Shown here one piece after another: positions 46,510-56,557 of a DNA stretch of 64,000 bases. The stretch's first letter is position 1; each line of letters starts with the position of its first letter. The stretch comes from an uncultured Methanosarcinales archaeon (GTDB taxonomy: Archaea > Nanobdellota > Nanobdellia > Woesearchaeales > ARS49). Under the pieces are notes generated by a model. The model was not told the origin of the DNA and ran no database searches. It was given only the letters and a program-made list of their open reading frames with translations. The translations under genes and the position numbers were made by a program. The DNA is taken from contig CAZWVL010000001.1 of the NCBI GenBank assembly GCA_964637115.1, positions 64,001-128,000 on the forward strand, given 5' to 3'.

Positions 46510-46595
46510 CATCTTATTCTTCACTACTCTACAATACATATTTGTCACAAAGTTTAAAAGATGAACTCATAAAGTGATATAGAAATCGTGGTGGG

Positions 46596-47306
46596 ATGAT
46601 GCGGGAAACTAATGATTCGTTATCTGGATTGATAAACGATTTATTAGGTATAGAATTAAACATTACAGGAGCTAAACTGGCAGCAAGAGCTTCAACTTTG
46701 AAACGCAGAGTTCTAGACGACCAAGATGTTTTTGGTCCTTTCTTAAAAAAAGCAGGAACCGGAAGAGCCACAAGATATGAAATTGTTGATGTTCCCAATT
46801 TCAAAGAAAAACTGAAGAAAGTTCTGGAGGAAGAGAATGAAGATCCTGAGGCAGGAAAATACTCTTTCAGAGAGCTCGTAGGAGAGGCTGTAGTTCAAGT
46901 GGCTGGAGAACTCACAAAACCAGAACTTAACAGTTTGATAACAATGTACATGTCAATGTACAAAACAGACTCACAAGTTGCGGAATGTATGACAAAAGGC
47001 CGAGTAGATTTCAGATATACAGTTCATCATCCTAAACAACTCAAAGAAAGATTAGTGGAGCTCATAAACCAGCACAGACATGGAGATATACACCCACAGT
47101 TGGAAAAAACAAAAGCAGAAGTATACACGATTAATGAGATAAGAAAAACAGCGGGATTAACCTTTGAACGAATGGCCGCATACATGGCAGAACCAAAATA
47201 TGCAAAACTGCTAGGCGATGTTTCTAAAAACAAAGCAGGAGAAATAGGCTATCCCAAGAGAAATGCGGATGACTTCATAAAGGCGGTGCAAAGAAATGAC
47301 GCATAA
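46596..47306 (+). CDS. Hypothetical protein with three putative MerR/Xis-like winged-helix repeats
   Basis: Three segments of the form (Y)S/T-x-x-E-L/I...wing...R/G-Y...x-L/F-K; overlaps the sigma-like gene by 11 nt. Confidence 0.55.
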   Translation: MMRETNDSLSGLINDLLGIELNITGAKLAARASTLKRRVLDDQDVFGPFLKKAGTGRATRYEIVDVPNFKEKLKKVLEEENEDPEAGKYSFRELVGEAVVQVAGELTKPELNSLITMYMSMYKTDSQVAECMTKGRVDFRYTVHHPKQLKERLVELINQHRHGDIHPQLEKTKAEVYTINEIRKTAGLTFERMAAYMAEPKYAKLLGDVSKNKAGEIGYPKRNADDFIKAVQRNDA

Positions 47307-49629
47307 AGGAGAGGAAGTGGGCCTTTCAGCATACAGAAAAGACTACGTCCACCCGATGGAAGCGCCAGAAGTCTTCAGAAGCGTAAGAGCGCTGGACATT
47401 TATGAGGGATTCTCAAGGCATCCAAACCTGCGCAAGACAATCCGCGTTGAAGGAGTAATCCGCGAGGATATGGTGCAAGTGGATGATATAGGATTATTTC
47501 AAAGAGTAAGTTTTGACAAGCTTGCACAAGCATTTGGGCTGAAGGATTTACATTGCCTTCGGCAATTTTTCTTTGAAACCTGGGGAGAAAAAGTAGGCGC
47601 GGCATCAAACGTGCTTGTGGCGGACTTCCTAGCGTACGTCACGCGCGCGCAGAGCAGGCTGTTCCGCGTGTTCCCTGAAAATAATGGACAAATCACGACA
47701 TACCCATTTATGGAAATGCACAATGTCGCACTGCCAGAATATTACAGGGAAAGAGGAAAAATTCCTGTAAGCGTGTTAAAAGACTACCTTGCGGCTGTGC
47801 TTGATGATTTGAAAGAAACAGGAGCGCTACCCAGAAAAAAACTAAGCGGAGTAGTAAACGCGCACTATCAAAACATTGCATTTGTTGAAGGACACGTACA
47901 AGCAGGAGATGAGTTCATTCCAACAAGGCAAGCATTCAGAGCGCTCAGCCCATATTTTACTGGAAAAGAAATCAAACATTACTTGGGCAATGGAAAGATA
48001 ACATCTGAAAAAAGGGGAGTGACAAAATTATTCAAAGTAGCGGATCTGCAGAGCCTAATAAAAGAACACTTAACTACGGGAGACGACATTTCACGACGTG
48101 CACTTGAAAGAGAACTTGCACGGGACGTAACTTTACCGGTATTAAAAGTAGGAATAAAAAACAGCGCGATTCACTATGCCACACTTTTGTTGCAGCCAGG
48201 ACTAAGAAATGCAGACTACGGAAAAATTCAGAGTGTTGTAGAAAAGCTGAACAAACTCGGTATCATGGTTCTAGAACCTGATGCAGAAAAGGTATTCAAA
48301 AATTTCACTTACAACTACAAATTAGACAGTCCGCCGGACGCTTCACAAAACCCGCTCCAGTATTACTTGTGGGATATAGGAAAAATAGAGATTCTTGATA
48401 AAGACTCGCAAAAAGACATTGGAAAAATAATGATACAACAGAGAGAAAAATTCACGTACAAATTACTGCGCAACCCTCACGCGGCAAGAAAAATTGCTGC
48501 AACACTTGCAGATATAATAGAAAAAGGACACGGATTGAAGTCCGCAAGCATATTCACAGGAGAAGACAGCCTGAATAAAGCACTAAAATGGCACGAAGTC
48601 GTTGAAGAACTGGAAAAACTGGAAAGCAAGGCAACAAGACTTGAAAAAGAACTTTCATCCGTACAGGAACGAGGCAAACTTGTAAAAGAGTACCGTTCGC
48701 TTCAAGACAAAATTGAGAACAGAATACGCGGATACGGCCTGCAAACAAGATGGCTGGCAAAAGTTGCAGAAAAATACATAACAGAAGAAATGCCTGTTGA
48801 AGAATTTGACAATAAAACAGAAATTCTAACCAGCCACCAATTATACAAAGATACGAGAGACTGTTTAATCAAGCAGATACTAAAACTGGTAGTGTCGTGC
48901 GCAAAACGCTATGTTTCCAAAAGCCCGTATGGAAGCTTTGCAGACAGAATGCTCAACCTAATCTCGCTCGGCAACATTGGAGCAATAAGTGCAGTTGAAA
49001 GATGGAATCCGGACTTAAGCTCAATCACCACATACGGATACTGGTGGATGAGACAGAGCATTACCAGACACATGTATGAAACAAGAGGAATGCAAGCCGG
49101 CGATTCACACGCAATGAGAGAAGCGGTACGTGTATATGCGAAAGAAAGACGGCGATTCTTCCAAACACACTTCCGAGAGCCAGGCCTGGATGAACTTTCA
49201 AAAAGACTAAACGTGTCAATAGAAAGATTAGCAGAAATAAGACTGTGGTCAAAACGCACCGTATCGCTTGACCAAGCAATAAATGATGATGAAGAATCAC
49301 GAATGGGCGACTTAATAGGCAAAAAAGACCCAGATCTTGAAAAGCCAAAGTACGACGAAGTTGCATTGCAAATGTTGATTCAAAAAATAGTTACGCCCAA
49401 GCAATGGAAAGTTCTGTACGGAAGATTCTATGAGGACAAAACGCTTGAGGAAGTCGCACAAAGAACTGATTTGAGAAAAAACAAGATCGGCGCCACCGGG
49501 CCCATGACACGAGAACGCATACGCCAAATTGAAGCAAAAGCACTTGCCAAACTCCGAGATCCTATCCATCTCAAAAAAATTGAAGGACTAACTGGGGAAG
49601 TTCCTGGCGTTGAAATCCCGCTTGATTAG
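47296..49629 (+). CDS. Large group 1/2 sigma70-like protein with novel N-terminal extension including an Xis/HTH_17-like domain
   Basis: Region 1.2 NPLQYYLWDIG (48349), 2.1 LIKQILKLVVSCAKRY, 2.2 NLISLGNIG, 2.3/2.4 TTYGYWWMRQSITR, 3 REPGLDELSKRL...SLDQAI, 4.2 TLEEVA...TRERIRQIEAKALAKLR. Confidence 0.88.
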   Translation: MTHKGEEVGLSAYRKDYVHPMEAPEVFRSVRALDIYEGFSRHPNLRKTIRVEGVIREDMVQVDDIGLFQRVSFDKLAQAFGLKDLHCLRQFFFETWGEKVGAASNVLVADFLAYVTRAQSRLFRVFPENNGQITTYPFMEMHNVALPEYYRERGKIPVSVLKDYLAAVLDDLKETGALPRKKLSGVVNAHYQNIAFVEGHVQAGDEFIPTRQAFRALSPYFTGKEIKHYLGNGKITSEKRGVTKLFKVADLQSLIKEHLTTGDDISRRALERELARDVTLPVLKVGIKNSAIHYATLLLQPGLRNADYGKIQSVVEKLNKLGIMVLEPDAEKVFKNFTYNYKLDSPPDASQNPLQYYLWDIGKIEILDKDSQKDIGKIMIQQREKFTYKLLRNPHAARKIAATLADIIEKGHGLKSASIFTGEDSLNKALKWHEVVEELEKLESKATRLEKELSSVQERGKLVKEYRSLQDKIENRIRGYGLQTRWLAKVAEKYITEEMPVEEFDNKTEILTSHQLYKDTRDCLIKQILKLVVSCAKRYVSKSPYGSFADRMLNLISLGNIGAISAVERWNPDLSSITTYGYWWMRQSITRHMYETRGMQAGDSHAMREAVRVYAKERRRFFQTHFREPGLDELSKRLNVSIERLAEIRLWSKRTVSLDQAINDDEESRMGDLIGKKDPDLEKPKYDEVALQMLIQKIVTPKQWKVLYGRFYEDKTLEEVAQRTDLRKNKIGATGPMTRERIRQIEAKALAKLRDPIHLKKIEGLTGEVPGVEIPLD

Positions 49630-49724
49630 TCATAACAGAAACGTATCCAAGCGGTAGTGAATTTTGAATACTGCCTTCCGAAAACTTTAAAAGCGAGAGG
49701 GCTATATACTGTTAAGGGAGAAAC

Positions 49725-50546
49725 ATGAGTGAAACACTATTCGATTTATTGGTTGTAGAGACAGAAATTTCAGGTCCAACAAACTCGGTTCTAGAGAAAG
49801 CTCTGGCCAACATTGAAAAACAAAGAGAAACACAAATCTTCGACAAATTCGGGCGCGACATCAAATCAGCTTCAATTGATTACACGGTCATAATACAGCC
49901 AAAAGCAGAAGGCAAGAAACCAGAAGCAATCACTTCTACAAGCACAAAATCATACGAAGATGCAGTTGCAAAAGCAAGCAAGGATGGCAAGGTAGAATAC
50001 GAAGAAACAGTAACACTAAAACTGGTCGAAAAGTTCAAAGTTCCATACATTCTTGAAAAAGCAAGGGCATCAGCGCCAAGCAAAAGAAGACTGCTTTCGG
50101 CACTCGAACGCGAAGAAAGAACACTGCGCGAACGCTACGGAAACGACATGACAAAAGAGCCAAACGATGTTCACTATTCTGTAGCATTCCATACAGGTGT
50201 GTGGAATGAAGACAAAGGAAGGCCAAACGGTGCTGTTGCAGGAGTAGGAATCAGCAGAACATCACTGGTTGAAGCGATGGATAAAGCTGCAGAGGACACA
50301 GGCAAAGCAAAGCACAGGGGAGAATTATACGCAGGAACACACACGTTCAAAATTTACATGACTGCCCAGGTTAAGGACTTGGTAGAAGCAGAAGCAAGGG
50401 CAAGAGAAGAAGCAAAAGAAGCTAAAGCTTCAAGCGGAGCGCTTGTCGGTGCTGGAGCATCAAGTCGTTCATCGGGTCGTACTTACGGAGGCGGCGGCAC
50501 AATGTCATATGCTGCAAGCGCTCCTACAAAAACAGACCTATTCTAA
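49725..50546 (+). CDS. Hypothetical protein with an apparent internal duplication
   Basis: DYTVII...KSYEDAVAKASKD vs HYSVAF...TSLVEAMDKAAED; Gly/Ser-rich tail; SD-like aagggag upstream. Confidence 0.65.
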   Translation: MSETLFDLLVVETEISGPTNSVLEKALANIEKQRETQIFDKFGRDIKSASIDYTVIIQPKAEGKKPEAITSTSTKSYEDAVAKASKDGKVEYEETVTLKLVEKFKVPYILEKARASAPSKRRLLSALEREERTLRERYGNDMTKEPNDVHYSVAFHTGVWNEDKGRPNGAVAGVGISRTSLVEAMDKAAEDTGKAKHRGELYAGTHTFKIYMTAQVKDLVEAEARAREEAKEAKASSGALVGAGASSRSSGRTYGGGGTMSYAASAPTKTDLF

Positions 50547-52231
50547 ATTTTAGATTTTCTTAACTTATCAAGAACTCTATCGCGATAGCCGTCTAAGCGC
50601 AGCTGGTTGTAACAATTAGAGGCCATGCCAAGCAATTCTGTGAAAATTCGCGCATAACTGGCAGACATCCAAGCATCAAACTTCTCTCCAAGTTTTCCAC
50701 GCGCATAAGCTTCAAAAGCCTCCATGGAAGAAGTATGAGGAGCGAGAACTTCTTTAGCAAAACAAACCCTATCTGCTGCTTCATAACAAAAGTTTGCCTT
50801 CTTTTCCAAAAGATACAACGCTTTCTCATCACCGTTGCGCAAAGCCCTGAAACGCTGCATGTGCTCATCATCAATCTGTTCGGGAGCCAGCACTCCTAAA
50901 GTGCCTGAACCAAAGCTCATTCCCCCGATGTGAAAATTACCGCTAATGCGCTGATCTATCATTCTTTGCAATCTTTTCATCCGTTTTTCTACATTTCTTT
51001 GCGCGTCAAGTCTTGAAAGTTCGTCTCCGCCATCCTCATTTCTCAAATCAAACTCCACAGAGTGCTCTGACATGGAAAAAAGAAGATCCTTTCTCGCTTC
51101 TTTGCGAGCATTCTGGTAGAGTGCCTCAGCCATAGAAAACTTTCTGACAGAATCATTATTCTTAACTTTGCTGTGAGAATAAATGACGGCTTCCAAGAAC
51201 TCAGGTCTTAGCTGGCTATAATCTCCTTCCAAGTATGAATTCTGAATCTTGTCCTCTAATTTGCATTGCTCTTCAACGGTCAGGCCAAGAAAATCTTCAC
51301 GAAGGGAGCTTATGGTTGCCATCGGCAAGACCATGACTGGAATATTGTCAAGAAATTCTGCCCAGCCGGACTCCCTGAAGAAATAACCAGTGACCTCTTC
51401 CCGTATAATTTTATTGCCGTCAAAAAATATCTTGTTCTCTAAACCGCGCTTTTGCACCAGAAGGCGGTCAAGCGTTACTCCGCTTACAAGCGCCTGCTCT
51501 TTAGGATAATATCTTACAAACCATTCTGCAGGCAAGGGAGTTCTGGTTTTCCAAAAATCAACAGTAGAATAGCCGGCGCGCTGGCCTTTCACGAGCATCT
51601 TGGCAGCACCTTCGTCTGAACGCAAGTATTTGATGCGCTCAAGATATTCTGCTTCAGTAAAAGTGTCAACATAAGTGAATTCAAACTCATCAACCTGGCC
51701 GTGCTCCTCATTCTTAATGGAGAATGTTTTATCATCGTAATTCCAAGTAACTGCGCCAAGAGGCAGCATTTCCTGGCACAAAACCCATAAATTCTCCTCG
51801 CCAACATCAACTTCAACGATTGCGTGAGCAGAAACAAAAGAACTGCCAGCGCGCCTGCAGCCCTCGATTTCTCTGATTACTGGACGCAAGCCGCATTCCT
51901 TTGCAACCACATAATTAGCGACCATCTGCGTGGAGCATATCGCCTCAGACATTTCATGCGGAAGCTGAAAATAAGTACCTTTGCGCAAGGCATCCCCAAA
52001 GCCATACTTGTGGCCGAGGTGTTTTTTAATAACTTGTGCGATAAGCTTCTTGTCATTCAAGATATCTGGACGTTTAGGATGAGAAGGATTGTCAAGAATT
52101 TTTTCAAGATCACGAATCTGGCTTTTAGCGCCTTTTTCTTCCAGCTGTTTAATCTTCATCACGTAAGCAGCGTCGATAATCAACGCACGCTTTTTCACAG
52201 CCCACTCTAAAGTTTCAGGAGGAAAACTCAT
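50543..52231 (-). CDS. Hypothetical protein with a transglutaminase-like (papain-fold) N-terminal domain
   Basis: ICSTQMVANYVVAKECGL...SAHAIVEVDVG...LWVL resembles the C...H-x-W/I-x-E-V...W pattern. Confidence 0.5.
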   Translation of the reverse strand: MSFPPETLEWAVKKRALIIDAAYVMKIKQLEEKGAKSQIRDLEKILDNPSHPKRPDILNDKKLIAQVIKKHLGHKYGFGDALRKGTYFQLPHEMSEAICSTQMVANYVVAKECGLRPVIREIEGCRRAGSSFVSAHAIVEVDVGEENLWVLCQEMLPLGAVTWNYDDKTFSIKNEEHGQVDEFEFTYVDTFTEAEYLERIKYLRSDEGAAKMLVKGQRAGYSTVDFWKTRTPLPAEWFVRYYPKEQALVSGVTLDRLLVQKRGLENKIFFDGNKIIREEVTGYFFRESGWAEFLDNIPVMVLPMATISSLREDFLGLTVEEQCKLEDKIQNSYLEGDYSQLRPEFLEAVIYSHSKVKNNDSVRKFSMAEALYQNARKEARKDLLFSMSEHSVEFDLRNEDGGDELSRLDAQRNVEKRMKRLQRMIDQRISGNFHIGGMSFGSGTLGVLAPEQIDDEHMQRFRALRNGDEKALYLLEKKANFCYEAADRVCFAKEVLAPHTSSMEAFEAYARGKLGEKFDAWMSASYARIFTELLGMASNCYNQLRLDGYRDRVLDKLRKSKI

Positions 52232-52236
52232 TTTGG

Positions 52237-53757
52237 CTAAAATACTTTGCCCATATCAGTGCCTGCCACTTTCTTTTGCGTTTCAGCGCTTGGAGGCCTT
52301 TCAATTTTCTGATATGTAGGTATAGGAGTTACAGTGACAAGCTGCATGCCAAAGCGCTCTTTCTCAGTATTAAGTGCATAGACAAGAGCGCGCTCGTGAA
52401 TGTGCACTCCGCTTTCAGTCCTTATCTGATTCCTCAAATCATTAACGCTAAATGAACCATAACCGAATGTCGGCAAGGCTTTCTGGATTGCCACTCTATA
52501 CTCATCTGTGACAGTTATTTCTGCAAACTCATAAACCCACTTCAAACCGTCTTTTCTCTTTTGCCTGATGCCAAAATCTTCCATGGAAAGAGACATGTTC
52601 CTGCCAACGCTGATAAAATCCAGTGAAATTCCAAGCTCTTTAACACTTTCACCTACGCGTTCAGAAGTGAATTCGTCATAGCCAATGTCCGCTCTAACTA
52701 TTTCCAAAGCCCTTTTAATGTAAAACTTATTAACAGAGGCTCGTTCGATTGGACGCAGGCACGAAATAATTTTCTTGATGAACTCGTCTTCTGGGATCGG
52801 CCGTTGGCCTGTTTTGGAAAACTTGTGTCGTTCTTCTTTGCTGATGCCGAACAAAGCAGGCTCAGAACGAAGGTAACTTCCAATCAAGCCGGCGGTTAAA
52901 ATACAGCCTGCTGGCAAGTCTTTCTTGACACGTCCTGAAAGAAACCGCTGGCCGGTAGCGTAACTGTCAATAACTCTCTTCATTTCCAAAAGTGCGAGCA
53001 ATTCAGGCGGTCTTTCTGTAGGGCCACTGCCAAGAATACCGCTTCTGGCGGGAATTATTTCGGACGTTGGACTGGACTGTGCATACCTTGGAAGCGAGAC
53101 TGCCACTGGATGGACCCTGAAAAGTTCAATTGGAATGCTAAGGTACTCATTTTTCTGCAATTTGTCAAGAATTTCATCAGCGCACGGGATAACGTAATGA
53201 ATCCTGTCAAGGGCAGATAGTTCTGAAATGAAATTAAGCTCTTTAACAGCGCCTTCGAAAGTAGACAATGAGAGCTTCATCTTTGTTGCGTTCTCACGGT
53301 GATTTTCCAAAGGCAGGATTTTGTCCTGCAGGTCTGCAAGCTCAACCAGTTTATCAGAAGTCGGAGCAGCGCCGGGCTTCCTTAAAGCGGTCCATTCTGC
53401 ATCAACTTTTCTTTTAATTTCCTCAAGTTCACCTATTGTCTTTTCACCGGCACTTAGTTCTGAAGCTATTTTTCTCTGCCTTTGGCCTATGGCACCGATT
53501 ACACGGCCAAGATAAGCGCCCTGAACCTCGTTCCATCTGGTAATGATTGGCATTCTGGCTTCGTGGTCGCAGATTGTTGCAAGGCTAGCAGTCCTGTAGT
53601 ACTTGTCACGAGTCTTTTTGTAAAGAACAGGATCAGTATTTTCCAAATCGCGGTTTGAATTCTGGCGCAACTCTTCCCACGATTCCTCAACCCATTTTGA
53701 GAGCTTGCTCTTTGCTTCTGGACTGAGACCTTGAGCAGTTTGATTATCTTCTGGCAT
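52237..53757 (-). CDS. Hypothetical coiled-coil protein (506 aa)
   Basis: Long ORF, N-terminal coiled coil, possible C-terminal wHTH; co-oriented 5 nt from the next gene. Confidence 0.7.
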   Translation of the reverse strand: MPEDNQTAQGLSPEAKSKLSKWVEESWEELRQNSNRDLENTDPVLYKKTRDKYYRTASLATICDHEARMPIITRWNEVQGAYLGRVIGAIGQRQRKIASELSAGEKTIGELEEIKRKVDAEWTALRKPGAAPTSDKLVELADLQDKILPLENHRENATKMKLSLSTFEGAVKELNFISELSALDRIHYVIPCADEILDKLQKNEYLSIPIELFRVHPVAVSLPRYAQSSPTSEIIPARSGILGSGPTERPPELLALLEMKRVIDSYATGQRFLSGRVKKDLPAGCILTAGLIGSYLRSEPALFGISKEERHKFSKTGQRPIPEDEFIKKIISCLRPIERASVNKFYIKRALEIVRADIGYDEFTSERVGESVKELGISLDFISVGRNMSLSMEDFGIRQKRKDGLKWVYEFAEITVTDEYRVAIQKALPTFGYGSFSVNDLRNQIRTESGVHIHERALVYALNTEKERFGMQLVTVTPIPTYQKIERPPSAETQKKVAGTDMGKVF

Positions 53758-53845
53758 AATTCCCCCAATATTTCATCACTCAACAATAGTCATTTAAGTG
53801 TCATTTATAAGCTTTTCTGTCTAAATGTATGCCGTAATAGACGAG

Positions 53846-54967
53846 CTAATCCTTATGTTCACGATGCTGTACGCCAAGCGCATCTATGTAGAATTCTCTT
53901 CGCTGATTTTCCATTGATGAATAATCAGCAGGTTTTTTCTTTTCCCAGGTCTGCAAGTCGTTAAGAACTATGTTACAAACGTGCTTGAGAGAATCAAGAG
54001 ACTCCTTGCCCTGGTAGACAAATGTGCCCTTTCCACGCATTACAAGGACTGCGAAAGATTGATCGTGCCAGCGGTAGAATAATGCTGCCTTGTTATTTTC
54101 AAGGCTTTTTCTGTCAACGTGAATGTGCTGGAGAAGCTGCGCCAGAACTCTGAGCGATTCCTTTCTTTCAAGAGCTATTTTTAATCCTTTTTTGATTTCC
54201 CGTTCTCCCTTGTAGCCGAGCTCTTTGAGCATGGAGATTGCTTTTCCATAATTTTTTTCTTCCAAGTGTTGTGTTGCAGTGTCAAGGTCCTGATCGAATG
54301 CACTTTCTAAGTTGTCGAGCTGCACTTCATATGGCGCTTTGAGCTCTCGACGCTTTAGTGCAAGCACATCTGCATAGTTGGCCGCATCTCCTAATTTATC
54401 CTTCACAGCATCCAATGCCTGCTGTTCAGTCTCCCTTATTTTGTGCCGAATATCATCTGTTCTGCGCCTGACGTAAGCATCCCTTATTCCGTTCTCTTCA
54501 ATGAAATCACGTAAATTTTGTACAGCATCAATAATGCCGTCTTTCGTAAGACGCGGCTCGCGGATTCCTGCCACTTTATCATAAACTACAGGATCATCAA
54601 AGCCCCTGTCGCTCAAATCATCTGCAACGCGCGTTAATCCATGCTCATAAGCAAGCTCTTCAAATCCTATTCCGAACAAATCACGCTGCAATTGTTCGCT
54701 CAGCTTGCTTGGATCTTTTGGAGGATCTATTCTTGTCATTACGGCAGTTTCCAGGACGCCTATATCCTTTCCCCTGAAGTCAAGAAGCCGGTCGTATTTT
54801 CCCGGCTCGCCCTTGAGAACGTCAAGAATTTCCCTGAATGTTTGAACAGAGTCATAGCCGCATTGGAATAATAATTCGGCGTAATGCCCTCTGCGCGAAA
54901 GCCTGTGCACCTCTCTTTTGCGCGGGCTTCTCAACAAATCTAACAATACCTCTAGCGGCTCCCACAT
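53846..54967 (-). CDS. Hypothetical helical protein (373 aa)
   Basis: Long charged helical ORF; no motif recognised. Confidence 0.7.
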   Translation of the reverse strand: MWEPLEVLLDLLRSPRKREVHRLSRRGHYAELLFQCGYDSVQTFREILDVLKGEPGKYDRLLDFRGKDIGVLETAVMTRIDPPKDPSKLSEQLQRDLFGIGFEELAYEHGLTRVADDLSDRGFDDPVVYDKVAGIREPRLTKDGIIDAVQNLRDFIEENGIRDAYVRRRTDDIRHKIRETEQQALDAVKDKLGDAANYADVLALKRRELKAPYEVQLDNLESAFDQDLDTATQHLEEKNYGKAISMLKELGYKGEREIKKGLKIALERKESLRVLAQLLQHIHVDRKSLENNKAALFYRWHDQSFAVLVMRGKGTFVYQGKESLDSLKHVCNIVLNDLQTWEKKKPADYSSMENQRREFYIDALGVQHREHKD

Positions 54968-55085
54968 GTCATATCAAATAGTTTTGCAGCTTAAAAAGTT
55001 TGCGCCTATTTTTTACTGGATTTTGGTGAAACTAATCCAATTTGTCATAATATTTATAAATACAGAGTAGGGGCTGTGATGGTGG

Positions 55086-56471
55086 GTGCGGGAAGTGAAC
55101 TGTAGACAAGTATACGGGATTCTTGAAACACTGAAACAGGGAAAAAACCCTGCTTTTGATGAAAAGGCAATAGATTACCTGCAAAACCGCCCGTTAATTT
55201 TGCTGATGTCAGAAGAGGACTATTCTGCAGCAAAGCAGAAAGAAGCGGAATTAGAACGATTGAGAGAACAACTAGACAGCCAGGGAAAGGCAGTCCTTTT
55301 TACTAGCGGAAAACTTGGAGAGCACAGAAAAGTAAAACCAAACGGCATTTTTTCAAGCAAAGCAAAGGAATCATACGACAAGATTGAGTTCGCACTTGAA
55401 AAACGGCTTAAAGATGAAAGGGACAAGTTTGAGCTGGCGCAAATAGAGCACAACCGCGTAAAAGAAGTATGCGATGAAATTATTGGGTATGCCGGAACTG
55501 CTCATGGCTATGTTAAGGTAACCTCTCTGGGTGAAAGAAGAATAGTGGAACTAAAAGCAAGACTGTACAGGCTTGCAGACCAGGAATTTGAACTGCTGGA
55601 AAAAGAAATGAAAGAGACAAACACCCGTCTTGAACAAAGGTTTAATCGATGGCAGACACTTTATGCTATGGTGCGCGCAAACAAAAGCTGTCTTGATGGT
55701 GAAAATCTGCGCGCAGCATTTGCAACTTTATCGCAGCGGGAAGCAGACGGTGAACAAAATCTTGTAAGATTCAAATCAATGCAGCGAGAATTTGACCGGC
55801 AGGGCTTTTATAGCGAAAATGGAGGACTTGGTTACAAAACATATGCGCTTATGGCGCTGGAAGAAGGCAGTCCGGAAGAAATAGTGTCAAGAGTAGACAT
55901 GGCACACAAGATAGCCCTCAAAAATTTCAATCCAGGTCCTGGAACCACAGATCTTGCAGCAATGATTGCCAGAAATACCACAGTGCAGACACTGCCGACA
56001 AAACTTGACAGGTTTTCAGAATTATATTACCGGCTTCCAAACATTGAAAATATTCACTCACGCGGAACTGCGGCTGCAATAATGGCAGAATCAGAAGAGA
56101 CAGAAGCAAGATTGGTCGAGAAATTCGATTCAGTACATCAAAGATTGTGCATCATCGCACAATCGTCAACGTTGCTGCCTTCATTAGTTGAGGCAGCTGC
56201 TCGCTTTTCAAGGTTTGGAGAAGAAGAATTCAAGAAACTGGTGCCAGCATACATCCACACAAAGGACAGAGTGGCTGGGCTATACGGCTACAGCATAGCT
56301 GTAGAACTTGCGCTCAAGCCAGGAAACATTAACGAAATATGCGATATTTTCGACCTGACTGTTGAAAAGGCATGGCAATGCGCAGAAATACCTGCTGTTG
56401 AAAAATACTCCATTTCTGCGCAATTGATGAGCAGCGCGTGGAAACTCGCAGAACTGCAAATGGCAAAATAA
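55086..56471 (+). CDS. Hypothetical protein with coiled coil and C-terminal helical repeats (DUF4003-like)
   Basis: Repeats YALMAL / LAAMIA / AAAIMA / EAAARF / AVELAL about 33 aa apart; SD-like ggtgg and a TATA upstream. Confidence 0.6.
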   Translation: MREVNCRQVYGILETLKQGKNPAFDEKAIDYLQNRPLILLMSEEDYSAAKQKEAELERLREQLDSQGKAVLFTSGKLGEHRKVKPNGIFSSKAKESYDKIEFALEKRLKDERDKFELAQIEHNRVKEVCDEIIGYAGTAHGYVKVTSLGERRIVELKARLYRLADQEFELLEKEMKETNTRLEQRFNRWQTLYAMVRANKSCLDGENLRAAFATLSQREADGEQNLVRFKSMQREFDRQGFYSENGGLGYKTYALMALEEGSPEEIVSRVDMAHKIALKNFNPGPGTTDLAAMIARNTTVQTLPTKLDRFSELYYRLPNIENIHSRGTAAAIMAESEETEARLVEKFDSVHQRLCIIAQSSTLLPSLVEAAARFSRFGEEEFKKLVPAYIHTKDRVAGLYGYSIAVELALKPGNINEICDIFDLTVEKAWQCAEIPAVEKYSISAQLMSSAWKLAELQMAK

Positions 56472-56557
56472 TGCTTCTTTCGTAACTACTCCAGAATAGA
56501 AATTCATATAAAAGGGATTTTGAAAGAGTTTGTTAGGTATTAAACGGGGTGGAAACT

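Noticed and set aside
46596-56471. Provirus or integrative element
   Set aside because: No integrase, terminase, capsid, tRNA att site or terminal repeats found.
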